NCBI RefSeq assembly: GCF_009914755.1
Contig: NC_060933.1
From: the human T2T-CHM13v2.0 reference genome, Homo sapiens
Direction: 5' to 3' (one strand)
Length of the DNA stretch: 64,000 nt
Shown: positions 59,900 to 64,000 of the stretch, piece after piece
Layout of the letters: the number at the start of each line of letters is the position of its first letter
Numbering within the stretch: the first letter of the stretch is position 1
Notes under the pieces: model-generated
What the model saw: only the letters and a program-made list of their open reading frames with translations
What the model was told of the DNA's origin: nothing
Databases searched by the model: none
Translations under genes and position numbers: made by a program

Positions 59900-60925
59900 C
59901 TTCACAGAATTAAGAAAATAATTATTATCACTATTGAACATCAACTACTTAATGGTGCTACACCAGGAACTTTATTTCATTTCATTTTTACAATAACCCT
60001 GCCAAGAGCTTATTCTTGTCTTCATTTTACAATGGAGAAAATTAAGGCTTAAAACAGTTAAGTGACTGAGTAGCTGGGCTGAGGTTTAATTGAGATCTCT
60101 CAGACTCCAAAACCCTTCTTTCTAAGATACTGTCTTGTAATTTTTTTTCTTTTAGAAAAAAAAAAAAAATGTATTGCAACTCTTCTTATCTGTAGTTCAT
60201 GACTTATGACCATCTTTAATTCTGCATGAAAAGATTAAAATGATAGAGATTAAAATGATTCAAGTAATCCATTTCTGATTATCTCAAATTGCCAAGAGAA
60301 GCTAACTTATCCCATTAACCAAGACCTTTCCCCAAGAAAAGGGATAAAATAAACACATTATTTTATCTTTCATTATGTGGTTTGCAACTCCCAGTGAAAG
60401 AAACTCAGCTGTAAAATTAAAAAACAACCAAAAAAGTGGATTGCAAGGAAGTTCTGGAATCTATTCTTTTTAACAGGTAAGAAAAAGGACAAAGATCAAA
60501 AACTGGGCTAAACAACTAAAAGAATGTTGGAATGATCATATTCAATGGAAAGAAAACTAGGGTTTGGGTTCTAGTCCCAGTTCTACACAAGCCTTGTATT
60601 TTTGAATCAGTCTCTTTACTTCTCTAAGACACAGTTTCCTCAACTATAAAATGGAGCCAATGTCTGGCTTGTTTAAACCACTGGGTTCATGAAAGAATTA
60701 AAATAAGAGAAGGTTCCGTAAAATAAAGAGAAGGTTCTGTAAAGGTTTTACAATTTGCAAAGTTCTATTCAAATATTGTTCCATCATCCTCATTGTCTTT
60801 GGAGTCAAATAGGTGAGAGTTTAAGCCCTAATTCAGTCATTATCAACTCTGAGATATTGGGCAGCTCACTTAACCTCTCTGTCCTTCTGGTTTCATTTAT
60901 AAAATGAGTGTAGTGAATATTTGTT
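59900..60925. mobile_element. Cluster of MIR fragments (minus ~59900-60140; plus ~60550-60780 and ~60805-60925)
   Basis: MIR core motifs cattttacaatggagaaaattaaggc, cagtttcctcaactataaaatgg and cacttaacctctctg. Confidence 0.65.
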
Positions 60926-61284
60926 ACCTATGTTCAAAATACAATCCATCCTTCTTTCAACTAAACATTATTCATAATTTTAGTTCAGGTATCCACTCTT
61001 CCATCATGGGGTTCAAATACTTTAGGTCACCTGACTCCACCTCCAGTTTCAAGAGCAGGCCTTGATAGGATTAAACAAATTAGGGAATATAGTTCACCTT
61101 GCCAGAGTGATTGGTTTACAATTAGTAGTCTGAACACCAGAGAGATTGGTTCGGATATAAGCATATTAATTACCCCACTCTGACCAATGAAAGGCAATGG
61201 AGGTTTTCAGATGAATGGGAGCTTTAGAAAAGAAGATTTCTAGCTCTTGTGATTTGGTACCTAAAAGTAAACTATATTTTCATC

Positions 61285-62235
61285 CTTGGCCATGATGGGG
61301 TAACTGGTACCAGACTAGCCCTCCCACTGTAAACAACTAGAAAACTGGACAAAATATATAAAACAACTATTTTTAGATATTATATGATAGGCAGCACAAG
61401 ACTATGATACCTGAAAGAAGAGAAACAAATGAGTGGAGTCCAGTGATTACCCCAGCTTTCCGCATGAAGACTCAAGGAGGGGGAATCTAAGCACAACACA
61501 GAAGTCTTTTTTATTTAATTTAATTTTTATTTTATTTTATTTTATTTATTTTATTTTATTGTATTTTATTTTTGTAGAGATGGGGTTTCATCGTGTTGGC
61601 CAGACTGGTCTCAAACTCCTGGCCACAAGTGATCCACCCACCTCAGCTTCTCAAAGTGCTGGGATTATAGGTGTGAGCCACTGTACCCGGCCAGAAGTCT
61701 TAGTAAGTTGAGGACACAGATATCAGATTTCAAGGAGGCCAAAATGGCTAAAATTTGTATGGAGTAGCAGAAAAGAATAAGTTTCATAGAGAAATTGCTC
61801 CATAAACCTTAGAATGTTTGACCAAATAATAAGCTGTATATGTATAGGATGAGACTAAACAGGAGCAGCTACTAGAGAAATAAAACTAATGTGCAGCTGT
61901 AAGTTAAACCACCAGAACTTTCAGTATCAAGGGACATTTCAGTTCTGACCAACCCAAATGGAGACACATCACTGAACACTCAGAACATTTATCAGAATCT
62001 GCACCTTATAATCAGTACCCGCTAGAAATGGGGTTAGTTTCTAGAGTAAATGCTACCTAAACATGCTCCAACAGGGTTTTGAAAAGATCAATGCCTTGAA
62101 AAGATCAAGAAGATCTAGAAATATTTGTTACCTTCCAGAATAAAATCCAGCATTGACTAAAGGAGGGCAGCAAGATCCAGACACTCAACAAGGTAATAAT
62201 CACAATGTCCAGCATCCAATAAAAAATTACTGTAT
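61285..62235 (+). mobile_element. L1M 5' region interrupted by an antisense Alu monomer (61507-61692)
   Basis: aaacaactagaaaactggacaaaatat motif; Alu TSD agaagtctt. Confidence 0.6.
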
Positions 62236-62870
62236 GTGCTCAATGTCATTAGTCATTAGGTAATTACAAATCAAAACAGCAATGAGAGAGTATTTCATAC
62301 TCAGTGGAATAGCCCTAATAAAAATATATGAAAAATAACAAGTATTGGCAAGGATGTGGAGAAATCATTGCCAGTAGAATGTAAAATGATACAGCCAATA
62401 TGAAAAACATTTTGTTTGCTCCTCATAAGTTAAGCATAGAATTGCTGCATGACCTATCAATTCTACTCCTAGGTATATAATCAAAAGAACTAAAAATAGG
62501 TGTTCAAACAAAAATTGTACATCAATGTTCATAGCAACATTATTCACAATAGCCAAAAGGTAGAAACAACCCAAATGTCCATCAATTGATACATGCATAA
62601 ACAGAATATGGTATATGAACACAATGAACTATTATTCAGCCATAAAAAGGAATGAAGTACTGATACGCGCTACAACATGAAAACTTGAAAACATTATGGT
62701 AAGGGAAAGAAGACAGACACAAAAAGTTACAATAGTACAGAATTCAATATACTGTATATGAAATATTAAGAATAGGCAAATCCATAGAGAAAGAAAGCAG
62801 ATTAGTGGTGGCCAGGGAATATGGAGAGGAGAGAATCAAGAGTGACTGCTTAATGGGTATGGCTTTCATT
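62236..62870 (+). mobile_element. L1MB 3' end
   Basis: aaaaggaatgaagtactgatac...aatccatagagaaagaaagcagattagtgg. Confidence 0.82.
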
Positions 62871-63535
62871 TTGCTTTTGTTGCCCGTGATTTTGAGATCT
62901 TACTCATAAAATCTTTTCCCAGACCAGCGTCCTGAAGCATTTCCCCTGTTTTCTTCTAATAGTTTCATAGTTTGGGGTTTTATCTTTAGGTATTCAATCC
63001 ATTTTGAGTTGATTTTTTTATAGAATGAGAGATGGGGGTCTAGTTTTGTTCATCTGCATACGGATATCCAGTTTTCCCAGCATCATTTATTGAAGAGACT
63101 ATCATTTCAGAATATATTATGAAATCATAACGTGTGATACCTCCAGCTTTATTCTTCACCCTTATGATTGATTTGGCCATTCATCTTCTTTTATGGTTTC
63201 ATATGAATTATATAATTTTTTTCTGTTTCTGTAAAATATGTATTTTGGAATTGGATAGGGACTGCATTGAATCTGCAGATCACTTTGGGTAACGTGGACA
63301 TTTTAACGATATTAAGTCTTCTAATCCATGAACATGGAAAGTCTTTCCATTTGTTTGTGTCTTGCTTAATTTCTTTCATCTCTGTTTTGTAATTTTCAGT
63401 ATATAAATCTTTCACCTCCTTAGTTAAGTTTATTCTTAAGTATTTTCTTCTTTTCGGTGCTATCATAAATGGGATTGTCTTCCTAAGTTCTTTCCAGTAG
63501 TTCATTGTTAATGTATAGACAGGCAACTGATTTCT
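62871..63535 (-). mobile_element. L1 ORF2 fragment (older L1M/L1PB-type)
   Basis: Peptide KYLRINLTKEVKDLYTENYK...PCSWIRRLNIVKM. Confidence 0.85.
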
Positions 63536-63784
63536 ATTATCACACTTTTTAAAAAGTATTATTATATGTGTCAAGAAGTATGGAAATTCTTGTTGTTCTT
63601 CTTCTTATGTGGAACTTTTATTACAAAACAAGTTTAAAAAAATTAGAAAATAGAAACAGACCCAGTGTTACAGCAGCCCGGATAGAAAAAAAAAAAGACA
63701 AAACAGACCCAGGAATGAAAGAGATTATAGAATGAGCAGACAAGGACATAAAAACAGCAATTATAACTAACTATGTTAAATGAC

Positions 63785-63920
63785 CATATTAGTAATATGT
63801 TGCTGTGTAACAAATTAGCCCAAAATTTAACAGTGCAAATAGTAAGCATTTATTACTTTATATTTTCTGAGCATCAAGAATCCAAGAATATATTAGCTGG
63901 TGGTTCTGGCTCAGAACTTA
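63785..63920 (-). mobile_element. MLT1F-like LTR fragment
   Basis: gttgctgtgtaacaaattagcccaaaatttaacagt...gttctggctcag. Confidence 0.55.
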
Positions 63921-64000
63921 ATCATTTTAATAATGTAATATGATAAACTTGGCAGCAAATTTAAAAGACAGCAAAATATAAAGGGCCATAAAAGTAAACT

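Noticed and set aside
60699-60745. ~22-bp tandem duplication in a MIR
   Set aside because: Ordinary slippage duplication.
62236-63535. Adjacent opposite-strand L1 pieces as another twin-priming inversion
   Set aside because: The inverted piece lies at the 3' side of the L1MB and I found no shared TSD; separate insertions are more likely.

Overview
Primate (most likely human or great-ape) genomic DNA, judged from AluJ/S/Y, L1PA, L2, MIR, MaLR, ERV1, ERVL and hAT elements. No intact protein-coding exon is recognisable. The main functional landmark is a CpG island at about 15240-16760, with a shore to about 17400. It looks like the promoter of a minus-strand gene, with three candidate first-exon donors and a non-coding, uAUG-rich exon at 8523-8215. 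There are also signs of a divergent plus-strand transcript. I could not identify the gene. The rest is intronic or intergenic and dominated by repeats. The most unusual structures are: two fold-back inverted duplications inside an old L1 (21961-22225 and 25548-26020); an AluY and a 5'-inverted L1PA3-like element inserted at the same endonuclease nick, giving a triplicated target site; a ~126-bp minisatellite with polypurine blocks; and a perfect 17-bp inverted repeat in the promoter. I see no evidence of a new multi-gene system. Repeat subfamily names come from recalled consensus motifs, not from a search.
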